Below, one piece after another: positions 1 to 10,726 of a DNA stretch of 64,000 nucleotides. The notes beneath the pieces are model-generated. The model did no database searches, was not told where the DNA came from, and saw nothing but the letters and a program-made list of their open reading frames with translations. The stretch is taken from NCBI RefSeq assembly GCF_048593235.1, contig NC_133618.1, positions 389,750,562 through 389,814,561 of the forward strand. The letters run 5' to 3'. Both the position numbers and the translations under genes were made by a program. Each line of letters begins with the position of its first letter. The first letter of the stretch is position 1. The stretch is from Sminthopsis crassicaudata. Lineage: Eukaryota.

Positions 1-520
1 TTGGTCGCCCCTCTCATCTGATGCCAAAAGAGACTATTAAAGTCTTTACAGAGGGAAACGTTATCTGAATATTCCCCAATACACAGCCTTTCTCCAGACA
101 GTCGAGTTTTGTCCGAGCTTGCTTCTAAGCCAGTCAAAACTGACGGGCAACACAGGTATTCATGCTCACACAATGTAATGAATATTGTTTTCGTGCCCAA
201 AAGCATTATCCCAGGAACGAGAACTTAATACTATTGCGCGAAATTCTCACTACAAACTGTTTTCACTACGCTAAATTTTGCTCTAAGTGGAGAAAATGCA
301 GAGAACAAAATGGTCCAAGCGTTTAATTAAGCGGAGGTTTAGTTTGGATTACTGTGCCCCAGCAGAGTTCAAAGGACTTGGTTCTTCAGGTTCGTTTAGT
401 TTGCTCCGGACGTGAGTAAGCTCCTAATGCCTGGAAACACAGGCGAGAATCGAAAGGAAACTCAGGTTCTTTGCGCGCCGCGGTGTCCTACAACTAGAAC
501 CTGCGAAATCACATTCCTCG

Positions 521-562
521 TGCAGTTATTGGCTGGGACTCTGTGTGCCGCTGTCGGCCAAT
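521..562 (+). promoter_or_regulatory. PCDHGC3 promoter: conserved sequence element (CGCT box) flanked by ATTGG and CCAAT boxes
   Basis: TGCAGTTATTGGCTGGGACTCTGTGTGCCGCTGTCGGCCAAT about 240-280 bp upstream of the ATG. CGCT is at 549-552, matching the clustered-Pcdh CSE pattern. Confidence 0.75.
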
Positions 563-802
563 GAAGAGCCTGGAGATCTGGCCGCTGCGGGTCCCCCCCG
601 CCCCCTCACTGTGCCCCGGGACAAGGCATAGACTGAGGAGCGGGCGAACGAATCAAAGGCGCCCGGAAAGAGGAAAAAAGCAATGTCCGACTTTGCGCGG
701 AGCGCTCCAGCCTCAAACCTCAGAGCGCGGACGGGCTGAAAGAAAGTTTCGCGGGGAGAACTACTAGGACAATCTGGGCTAAAGAAGTTGCTACTAAGTG
801 AG

Positions 803-3232
803 ATGGTCCCAGCTGCCGGAAGAAGCCGCCGGTTCAGCACTGGGAGAGTGGTGGGAGTCCTGCTTCTGCTTGGCGCCTGGGACAGCGTTTCCGCGCTCAT
901 CAGCTATGAGATCCCGGAAGAAAGGGCGAAGGGTTTCCGAGTGGGCAACGTGGTCGTCGATCTGGGTTTGGATCTTAGCAGTCTGTTGGAGCGCAGGCTG
1001 CTTGTGGCGTCCGGAACTGGCCGGAGGTTCTTTGAGGTGAATCGGGAGACTGGAGAGATGTTCGTGAATGAAAGACTGGACCGGGAGGAATTGTGCGGGA
1101 CACTTCCGTCTTGCACTGTGACTTTGGAGCTGCTAATGGAGAAACCCCTGGAACTGCAAAGGGTGGAGGTGGTGATCCAGGATGTCAACGACAACGATCC
1201 CTCTTTCCCTACCAATGGAATGAAACTCGAAATCAGTGAGGCCGTGGTGCCGGGGGCGCGCTTCCCTCTCGAGAGTGCACACGATCCAGATGTGGGAATT
1301 AACTCTTTACAAACTTATGAGCTAAGTGAAAATGAACACTTTATCCTGAGCGTGCAGACTCGAGAGGATGGCAGCAAGTATGCAGAGCTGGTGCTAGAAG
1401 AAGCCTTAGATCGTGAGCGTGAGCGGGCTCTTGAGCTGGTGCTGACTGCTTTGGACGGAGGAACACCAGCCCGTTCTGCTAGTCTCCCTATATTAATCAC
1501 TGTGCTCGATGCCAACGACAACACTCCCCAGTTCAACCATTCTCTGTATCGGGCGCGTGTGCGGGAGGATGCGGCCCCGGGCACTCCAGTAGTACAAGTT
1601 CACGCAACAGATTTGGACGAGGGACTAAACGGAGAAGTCATTTATTCCTTCGGCAGCCACAATAGAGCCCGAGTGCGAGACCTTTTCTCTCTAGACCTGG
1701 TCACTGGACTGCTGACAGTTCGAGGGCGGCTAGACTTCGATGACACGAAGCTGTACGAGATTTACATCCAGGCGAAAGATAAGGGCCCCAATCCCGAAGG
1801 AGCCCATTGCAAAGTGTTGGTTGAGGTCATAGATGTGAATGACAATGCCCCAGAGATCGTTGTCACCTCCGTGTACAGTCCGGTTCCCGAGGACGCCCTT
1901 CCAGGGACCGTGGTCGCCTTGCTCAGCGTAACTGATCTGGATTCAGGGGATAATGGCCTAGTGAGTTGCGAGATTCCATCTGGACTTCCCTTCAGCCTCA
2001 CTTCTTCCTTAAAAAATTACTTTACTTTGACAACCAGTGACTCCCTGGACCGTGAAACTGTTCCAGAGTACAACATCAGCATCACAGCCCGAGATGCAGG
2101 GTCCCCGCCCCTCTCAACAGTCACTACACTTAGAGTCCAAGTATCTGACATTAATGATAACCCTCCACAAGCTACAAAGTCCTCCTACGATGTCTACGTG
2201 GAAGAGAACAATCTTGCAGGGATTGCAATCCTGAACCTGAGCGTCTGGGATCCTGACGCCCCAAACAACGCCCGTCTATCCTTCTCACTGCTGGACCGAG
2301 GTCACCAAACTGGGCTAGTGGGCCGATACTTCGCCTTGCACCCGGAGAGCGGCGTGTTGTCCGCCCTGGTGCCCCTAGACTACGAGGATCAGCGTGAGTT
2401 TGAGCTAACAGTTCTAGTCAGCGATGGGGGCAACCCACCCCTATCCACCAACATTAGCGTGAACGTGTTTGTCATTGACCGTAATGACAATGCCCCTCAA
2501 GTCCTTTACCCGAGATCTGGTCCGAGCTCCACCCAGACTTTGCCTCGAGGCAGTGGTGCCAGCCACTTGCTTACGCGTGTAGTAGGCTGGGACGCAGATG
2601 CAGGCCATAATGCATGGCTTTCCTATAGTCTTCTGGGAGCCTCAAACCAAAGCCTCTTCTCGGTAGGTCTCAGAACTGGAGAAATCAGCACCACTCGACC
2701 GGTCCAAGACAATGATCCAGCATGGCATAAGCTGGAGATCCTGATAAAAGACAATGGGGAGCCCTCTCTGTCCACCACTGTGACTCTGACAGTATCAGTG
2801 ACAGAGCTACTCCCTGATGCCAAGGTCGAGTTCCCATCTGGCTTGGCTCCTCAAGAGCAAAATAAAAATCTCACCTTCTATCTGCTTTTGTCTGTTATCT
2901 TGGTCTCTGTGGCGTTCGCAGTCACCGTGCTAGGAGTGATAATATTTCGAGTTTACAAATGGAGGAAATCAAAGGACTTGTACAGTTCTTCCGGAACTTC
3001 GCTGTACCGAACGCCAGGGCCCTCCCTGCACGTGGATGCGGTCCGAGGAGGCCTGATGTCTCCCCACCTCTACCACCAGGTATACCTCACTACAGACTCT
3101 CGTCGCAGCGATTTATTACTAAAGAAGCCCTGTGCTCCAAGTCCGATGGGAAGTCTCCAAAACACGCTCCGAAGCTGCGATCCTGCTTTTTATAGGCAAG
3201 TGTTAGGTGCGGAGAGCGCCCCTTCGGTCCAG
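803..3232 (+). CDS. PCDHGC3: Protocadherin gamma C3, variable exon 1 (signal peptide, 6 cadherin repeats, TM, variable cytoplasmic domain; 810 codons)
   Basis: ATG at 803 (MVPAAG..STGRVVGVLLLLGA). DXNDN/LDRE/DXD cadherin motifs, EC1 CGTLPSC, C-terminal FYRQVLGAESAP as in mammalian gamma-C3. Donor CAG|GTAAGG at 3232/3233, phase 0. Confidence 0.97.
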
Positions 3233-3566
3233 GTAAGGAACGGTGTCTACATCAACATTCCTATACACTTTTAAACTACTGTCTGGTGCTCCTAACCTAC
3301 CCAGTAAATCTGAAGAACTGGGATTCTAGTTCATCTTTTTTCCGTGTCATTCATTTGAGAAATAGCTGGCCACAAACGGCAATTTTGTATAATAGTCTAA
3401 ATAACTAACAGCGTTCTCATCCTCAAGATTATGTATGCTTTGAAAACTAACCCCGAGGTAAAAATCGATGGCAGTCTAGGCCTAAACTGGTGTAAATTAT
3501 TGAGAGTGGGAAATTTTCTTCAATGTATTTCTTGCAAATTTCTTGTAATCAAGAGATCCCATTAGA

Positions 3567-3758
3567 AGAAGCACCATGGTGTTGAGGAAAGCCCTGGATT
3601 TGAGTCCTAGCTCCCTCCCTCCCTCTTTCTCTTCCCCTCTTTTTCTTTCTCTCTCTATCTCTGAGAGACAGAAAGAGACAGAGAGATTGGCAAGGAGACA
3701 ACAAACCTCTATGGGCCTCAGTTTCTTTATCTATAAAATGAGGGGTTAAATTAGATCC
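3567..3758 (+). mobile_element. MIR/CORE-type SINE fragment interrupted by a CT/GA microsatellite
   Basis: tRNA-like head (gcaccatggtgttgaggaaagccctggatttgagtcc) and MIR core (gggcctcagtttctttatctataaaatgagggg). Confidence 0.6.
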
Positions 3759-6369
3759 CTTTTATTATGTAACATCTCACAAACATCATCCAGATGTTTG
3801 AAATCATAAAGTTTGTCACTTACTGTGCATAATGATAAATTTATGATTTGCTTACAGCTTGCCCACCTAAACTGTTGCTTCTGCCCTCAGAATATATTTT
3901 TTTCTGGTGAAAGGAGAAAATCAGAAACACATTTTTATTTGCAAGAAACTGGGGGGGGGGGAAACAAGTAAATTCAACTACATGAGATTTAAGCCAATAA
4001 AAGTTTCATTTGTAAATTAGGTTATAATAGTGGTTTGCATATAACAAGGATTATAAATTTTGAGTTGGGAGATATTTTAGGAGTTTTAAAGTCTAGTCCT
4101 TTCCTTTAACATGAAACTGAGGCCAGAGAGATTATGACCTGCAATGTCTTACAGATTGCAAGAAGCAGAGCCTAATCTCTGGTTTCTGACTCAAAACTAG
4201 GGCTTTTTACATTTAAAAAAGGCTACTTCCACCTAGCCAGGTATGGGAAAACTTTATTGTGGACTTATTGTGACCTTTCGTTTCTCCTGTGAAGTGGAAA
4301 TAATATTTGCACTTTCCTACCTGGTGACTGTGAGGGAAGTGGATTGTAAACTATAAAGTTATATATACCAATGCATGGTATTATTACTATCAGTCTAGCC
4401 CCTTTACTTGTCTTGTATCACCTGTATAAAAAAAAAATTGTAGTGGGGGTAAGAGATAGTCTCAGGGAATGAAAGGATGAAACTGAGGGAAAACCCCATT
4501 TTTTTCTCCCAACCTGGGATTTCCAGTGGCATATATTCATTAGTTAAAGGTATTCAAGAAGAAGCTGTTGGGATATCAGAAAAGTAATTCATACTTCAAA
4601 TAAGAACTTCTAAACTTCTAAAATCCCTTCTGTGATTCCACCAAAGAGTACACAGGTTCAAAGGAACATCCATTCTTTCAAGATGCCATTGTATGAACCT
4701 AAGAGGTAGAAAATATATTCTGGGGGATTTTATGACTCCATTTTCAAATATCAAGGCACTAAGTACCCTAGCCCTTGAAATCCAATGTAAGCAGGATAAA
4801 GTCTTGTCTCAGACTTTCTCCCAGGATCTTAGTCTCGTACACCATTAAGTGATTACCTGGAATGCTTCTTAAGAAGTTGGAGATGGTGTGTCAATCGACC
4901 CTAGTAGCTCCCATGGAAATTAGATGTCATTAGTGGGGAATTTTGGTCTGTATCTGAAATGCTGGGAACAGGAAGGTGTAGTCAATGACTTAGAATTAAG
5001 CTTCTGTGCTGCTCCAATCCTAGTAAAGCAAATAGCGTATGTATTGATGTAGACTTCTTTTCTAAATCTGAGGCTCCAAGACTTTAAAGATCATTTCTTG
5101 ACGAATTTCTATGGGGGGGGGGGGCATAGATCATTGGATTGGCAACAACTTATGGGAAAATCCTTTGAGATTCCAAAGTGGTACTCTTGATTTGATCTTC
5201 CCACCGAGACCCCAAGGGAAGTTAAATTTGTTTGTTTCAGGATGTGGCGGAAGAACATTTTCTTTCGTTGACTCACCTCACACAGGAAAGTTTCCTACTA
5301 TCTCAGGCTTTGGGAGGGCTATATAGCAAGGATAACGGTCTGTGGCTCTTGCTGCTGGCCTCGGTAGTTGTGGTTAGCAGGGTGAGAATTCGGGTGGTCT
5401 CAGAAACCTCACATAAAAGGACTAGGTTGGGACCCTCTTTTTCTGGGTGCTCGAGATAGGCTGGTGTTCGCATTGCAGGGTATAGGTGCGGATGCTGTGA
5501 AGTCTGTGCGCTTGCGCAGGAGTGAATGCTTCTCCAGGGAGGGACCGAGTGCTGGGAGGTGTGCGCCAAAAAAGGTCGCCTTAGGCTTAGTAAGAGATCC
5601 TGAGCAGGCTGAAATCACTTCTATTGTAATTAGCCATAAATTTGGGGCGTTGTTCATTCAAGAAAGAGGGTTTCTAGGGAAGTGAATCTTTAGGTGAGCC
5701 TGGCAAATCTACGAATGGAGAAATCTGGAGGCTCTGCATTCTGCTAGCTAATGAGAGAAAGCTCTGTCAAACGATTGGTTCCTTTTCTGATTTAAACATC
5801 TCTTTTTACACCTTCTTAGTGTTCTCCCTTTCACCCTCCCCCTTCTCCCCGCCCCAGACTGTGCATCTTGTCCTTGAAAGCTTTGGTAGTATCTCTGACG
5901 CCTTTAGAAGGAGATCCGGTTTCCGTTGTTGCCTCCTGTTACGATAAAACGTGTCCTGCATTTATTTAATTGGCTAAGTTAACATGGTACCTCTATTGCA
6001 CAGAGATAGGAACGTTTTTCGAAAAAATTACTGAAGTGTGTTGGTTGCAGGTGTTATAGGGGCATTTGATTAACTGCCGTTCTAATGCAGTTGGATTGAG
6101 AAAAGCTACCCTTTAAAACCCTACGGCTGAATGCCATCGAATTAGGCTGAGTGTTCACCGGGGATTCTGTGGTGTGGGTGGAGTCCAGGGAAAGACTTTA
6201 AGTGTCACAGAAATGCATACATGTTGCCTAGGTGTCCAGAGAGGGACTAACGGGGTGGGAGGTGGCGGGGAGAGAAACGCTGTTGAGCAGAAGGGAGGAG
6301 GAAAACGGAGTTTTTACAATGCTGCGACGCATTAACCCTACCGCGCTCTTGGCTTCCTTTGCTCTGCCT

Positions 6370-6402
6370 ATTGGCTAAGCCCGAGCGGCGCTGTCTGCCA
6401 AT
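6370..6402 (+). promoter_or_regulatory. PCDHGC4 promoter: ATTGG...CGCTGTCTGCCAAT element
   Basis: ATTGGCT at 6370, CGCTGT at 6389, CCAAT at 6398, about 200 bp upstream of the ATG in CpG-rich sequence. Confidence 0.65.
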
Positions 6403-6597
6403 CGGGTGCTGAAAGGCGGACAAATCGACCCCGCCACCCGAGAAAGCGGCGGGTAACCCTTGAAGCGCCGGCCGAGCCGCGCCGGAGCTGGCGCCTGGAA
6501 AGGGAAGCAGGTGTCTCTGGTTGCGGTGGCCTTTTGTCTCGGGGTCGGCTTTTCTCGATCCTACGGTCCATCCTGGCGCAAAGCATTTCTGGCGGAG

Positions 6598-9033
6598 ATG
6601 CGCCACGGGGTTAAGATCTGGGCTGGAATCCGGCCGGGGGCTTGCCTTTTGTTCTTTTGCCAGCTAGGTTACATTTCGGGGCAGATCCGCTACCCAGTCC
6701 CGGAGGAATCGAAGGAGGGGACCTTTGTGGGAAACATTGCCCAAGATTTTTTGCTGGATGCAGAAAGCCTGTCGGCTCGCAGGCTGCAGGTCGCTGGCGA
6801 GGCGAACCAGAGGTACTTCCGCGTGGATCTGGACAGCGGAGCCCTGCTTGTCAAAGATCCCATCGATCGAGAGGCTCTGTGCGGGCTCAGTGCCAGCTGC
6901 GTTGTGCCCCTGGAGTTTGTGACTGAGGGGCCCTTGGAGATGTACCGGGCAGAGGTGGAGATAGTGGATGTGAATGACCATTCTCCTCGATTCCCTAGGC
7001 AGCAACTAGACTTGGAGATTGGTGAGGCTGCACCCCCAGGGCAGCGCTTCCCCCTTGAGAAGGCTCAGGACGCCGATGTGGGGAGTAACTCCATCAGCAG
7101 CTACAAGCTGAGCCCTAATGACTACTTCGCCCTAGACGTGAAGAAGCGCAGCGACGGCAGTCTTGTTCCTGAGCTGCTTCTGGAAAAGCCTTTGGACAGG
7201 GAGAAGCAATCAGACTATCGTCTGGTGCTGACTGCCGTCGATGGGGGCAGCCCTCCAAGGTCAGGCACCGCGGAACTCAAGGTATCTGTACTGGACGTAA
7301 ATGACAATGCCCCAGCTTTCGAGCAGTCTTCTTACAGAATTAGTGTGCTTGAGAGTGCACCAGCGGGCACTTTACTCGTCCAGCTGAACGCCACTGATCC
7401 TGATCAGGGTTCCAGCGGCAACATCACCTTTTCCTTCAGTAATCACACTCCAGAACGTGTGCGCTCTCTGTTTGGCCTGCATTCGACCACGGGGCAAGTC
7501 ACACTGCGGGGTCCCCTGGATTTCGAGACTGACAACTACTATGAATTTGATGTGAGGGCTAGAGATGGCGGGACCCCAGCCATGGAACAGCACTGCAGTC
7601 TCCGAGTGGATGTATTGGATGTGAATGACAACGCCCCACAGATCACGCTGACCTCGGAGCTGGGTACCCTTCGGGAGAGCGCTGAACCCGGCACCGTGGT
7701 GGCACTCATTAGTGTACAAGATCCGGATTCTGGGCCTAATGGAGATGTGAGCCTACGCATCCCGGAACATCTACCCTTTGCACTCAAGTCGGCCTTCAAG
7801 AACCAATTCTCCCTTGTGACTGCTACTGCCCTGGACCGAGAGGTGGAATCCAAATATGAGATTCCGGTTACCGCCTCTGATGCAGGCTCTCCACCTCTGA
7901 GCACACGCAGGACGATTTTCCTTAATGTTTCCGACGTGAATGATAACCCACCTTCCTTCATCCAAAGGTCCCATGAGGTCTTTGTTCAGGAGAACAACCG
8001 TCCTGGGGATCTTCTCTGCTCTCTGGCAGCCTCGGATCCAGACTCAGGTTTGAACGCTCTCATCTCTTACTCCCTTCTGGAGCCCAGAGGTAGAGATGTC
8101 TTGGCTTCCTCCTTCATCTCCCTCAATCCCCAGACAGGAGCAGTCCATGCCACCAGGTCCTTTGACTATGAGCAAACTCAGACACTGCAGTTTGAGGTGC
8201 AGGCCCGGGATCGAGGTGATCCACCCCTCAGCAGCACGGTGACAGTTCGCCTCTTTGTGCTCGATCTCAATGACAATGCCCCTGCAGTACTTCGTCCCAG
8301 AGCTAGGCCAGGATCTCTGTGCCCACAGGCACTGCCCCCGTCGGTGGGCGCGGGACACCTTGTAACCAAGGTGACTGCAGTAGACTTGGATTCAGGATAT
8401 AATGCTTGGGTCTCGTATCAACTTCTGGAGGCCCCGGATCCCAGCCTATTTGCTGTGTCTCGATATGCAGGCGAAATTCGGACAGCAGTCCCCATTCCAG
8501 CTGACCTTCCACCCCAGAAACTGGTTATCGTGGTGAAGGACAATGGAAGTCCTCCACTCTCCACCTCTGTGACACTACTAGTGTCTCTAGAGGAAGATTC
8601 ACACCCGGCTCTTCCCGACCTCCGGGAGCACTCAGCGAAGCCCCAAGAGGAGTCTCGCCTGACTCTCTATCTGGCCGTATCTCTGGTGGCTATATGCTTT
8701 GTCTCCTTCGGCTCTTTTGTAGCACTGCTCTCCAAGTGCCTGCGAGGTACCGCCTGCGGCCTGAGATGCCTTGGTGGGACCTGCTCCTGTCTTAGTCGGT
8801 CCCGAAGGAGGGAGGGGCTCCCACCTTCCAGTGGCATCCTCCGCATTCAATTGGGTTCGGAAGATCCCATCAAATTTGTGGACGTGGGCGGTCATTCTCA
8901 TGGTTGCACACCTTTGGCTTCTGCACCTACTCGGAGCGATAGCTTCATGATGGTGAAATCACCGAGTGCGCCTCTGGCTGGGGAGCCTGTCCGCCCAAGT
9001 TGCCCGCCTTCCGATCTACTCTACGGCCTGGAG
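6598..9033 (+). CDS. PCDHGC4: Protocadherin gamma C4, variable exon 1 (812 codons)
   Basis: ATG at 6598. GQIRYPVPEES..., EC1 CGLSASC, cytoplasmic GILRIQLGSEDPIKFVDVGGHSHGCTPLASAPTRSDSFMMVKSPSAP diagnostic of gamma-C4. Donor GAG|GTGAGA at 9033/9034. Confidence 0.97.
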
Positions 9034-10407
9034 GTGAGACCCGCAGCCATGCTGCTCCTGGATTGGGCCGCGCCTTTGCGCTGGCTGGCTCCACATTTGG
9101 GGCTCTGAGGCAGGCCAACGAGAATCTGACCCCCATCACCAGGGCCAATGCTGATGAGTCACCATTTTCAGATCACCATCAGTGGGGTAGGCCCTGTGCT
9201 TTTCATGCTCTTTACAACATATCTAGTGAGTTTTGTGGAGGGAGCGCTTGGGGAGGGAGGTAAACCAATATTGGGGAGCAAGAGATTGGTGACCAAGAAA
9301 GATATAGTGGGTTATGTCTGCACCAGGTCTGGCAAGCCGGAGCAAACTGTGATCCATAAACCGCAGGTTGGAATTCAGCAGGTGAGGCCCATATTGCAAC
9401 AAGTTTTCCCATTCTTTTCCCTTTCTGAATGGGGGTGGTGGTGGTGGTGGTGAAAGGTGATTTGCATCTTTAGCCAGGGCTGTCTAGAACCTCCAAACCT
9501 CCTTCCCACGTCTAGAAAGGCAGACCATGAAGGGAAGAGGGGTGGGATAATGGATCGAGGAAGAGTTCGGATGGGAGTTAGTATTTTGGGAAGTACTTGG
9601 GTAAATATGGGAGTCATTGACTCTTTTCAAGTCTCAGCAACTAGAGCCTCTTGGCCTAGTTAGGAGCTGCTGCATTTTATTGGGTTGCAGGGGTCCCAAA
9701 CACTGGGGCACAAAGGTTGTGCTAGATGGGCTAGATTTAGGGGTTTACTTATCTGCAGGAAACAAAACTGTAGCATTCCTCGGAATATTCCCGAAAATGG
9801 GTCTGGAGGTGTTTGGCCAGAGTCTGAAGTCAGAGTTTGGAAGGCCCAGTGGGGTCTTTAGGCTGTTTGCTGGGAGGTGGGTAAGCTGTCTCTCTCTAGG
9901 AAGATGTCTCTCTGCCTCGTAAGCTTCAGGCTCAGCATGTGCACTCCACAGCCCGTCGTGGTCTTAAGCTGTGAAAGGCTGAGGAGGCCCAGCTGATCTA
10001 TGGAGGGACTTTATTGTCTTACCCCTGTGTCTGAGTGAGATCGTTTGTTGTTAGGAATACGCCTGTGTGTCCGAGTTGAACAAACCTCTTTTCATGCAGC
10101 CCCAGCAGTGGGCTCAGCTGGGAGACCCGAGTTTCGCCTTCCGTACAAAGGCAAGTTTTGTATCTGGTTCAGGGCGAAGCTGTCGAAGCGCCTGAAATCC
10201 CGCACGAAGTCTGTGAAGCGGAACAATGAGGAGTTTTGTAACCACTTCGGCTTCCAAACCCGCGGCTTCACAGCAAGCACCATCTGAGCTGTCAAACTTC
10301 TCTGCCAAGGGGGCTGAATCAACCTGGCGCATTCAGCTCAGGGGCGAGTGGGAGGCTTCTGAGACTTGGGCTGTTCCTAAGGGTTGGAGGACTCAAGAGT
10401 CTTCGTC

Positions 10408-10440
10408 ATTGGTCCAAAACAGACGGAGTTCTCAGCCAAT
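10408..10440 (+). promoter_or_regulatory. PCDHGC5 promoter: ATTGG-N23-CCAAT pair without CGCT box
   Basis: CGTCATTGG at 10404-10412 and AGCCAAT at 10434-10440, about 290 bp upstream of the ATG. Confidence 0.55.
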
Positions 10441-10726
10441 CAAACGTAGAGCTGGGTTGGGGGATCTGCTAGTTATCTTCTCGCTCTTTTCCCTCGCCCC
10501 CTCCAGCTCTGATTCAGTTCCCCTCCCCTTCTCACGCCTCTCCCCCTACTCCCCACCCCCGCCACTCTGTGACTAAGGAGAGCTGCCGCAGGCAGGCAAG
10601 CCCTGGAGCACTTTTAAAAGCCTCTGGAAGAAGCTGAAAGGATTTCAACCGCTCTGATCCAAGGCCCTAGGTCCCCTGGGAAACCGGACAGCACCAGAGT
10701 GGCCGTCACTGGGAGAGTGCTTGAAC

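Noticed and set aside
390-417. Donor GAC|GTGAGT upstream of C3 as a cassette exon
   Set aside because: Nearby acceptors give 22, 46, 49 or 124 nt exons, none frame-preserving; no other support.
5340-5690. Possible degenerate Pcdh variable exon (LWLLLLA..IRVVSE..GVRI..GALF)
   Set aside because: Spacing does not fit EC1 and there are no DXNDN/LDRE motifs; likely chance.
6460-6597. N-terminal extension of the C4 ORF in the ORF track
   Set aside because: It starts at a non-ATG codon in the 5' leader; the homologous signal peptide begins at ATG 6598. The same applies to C3 (788) and C5 (10721).
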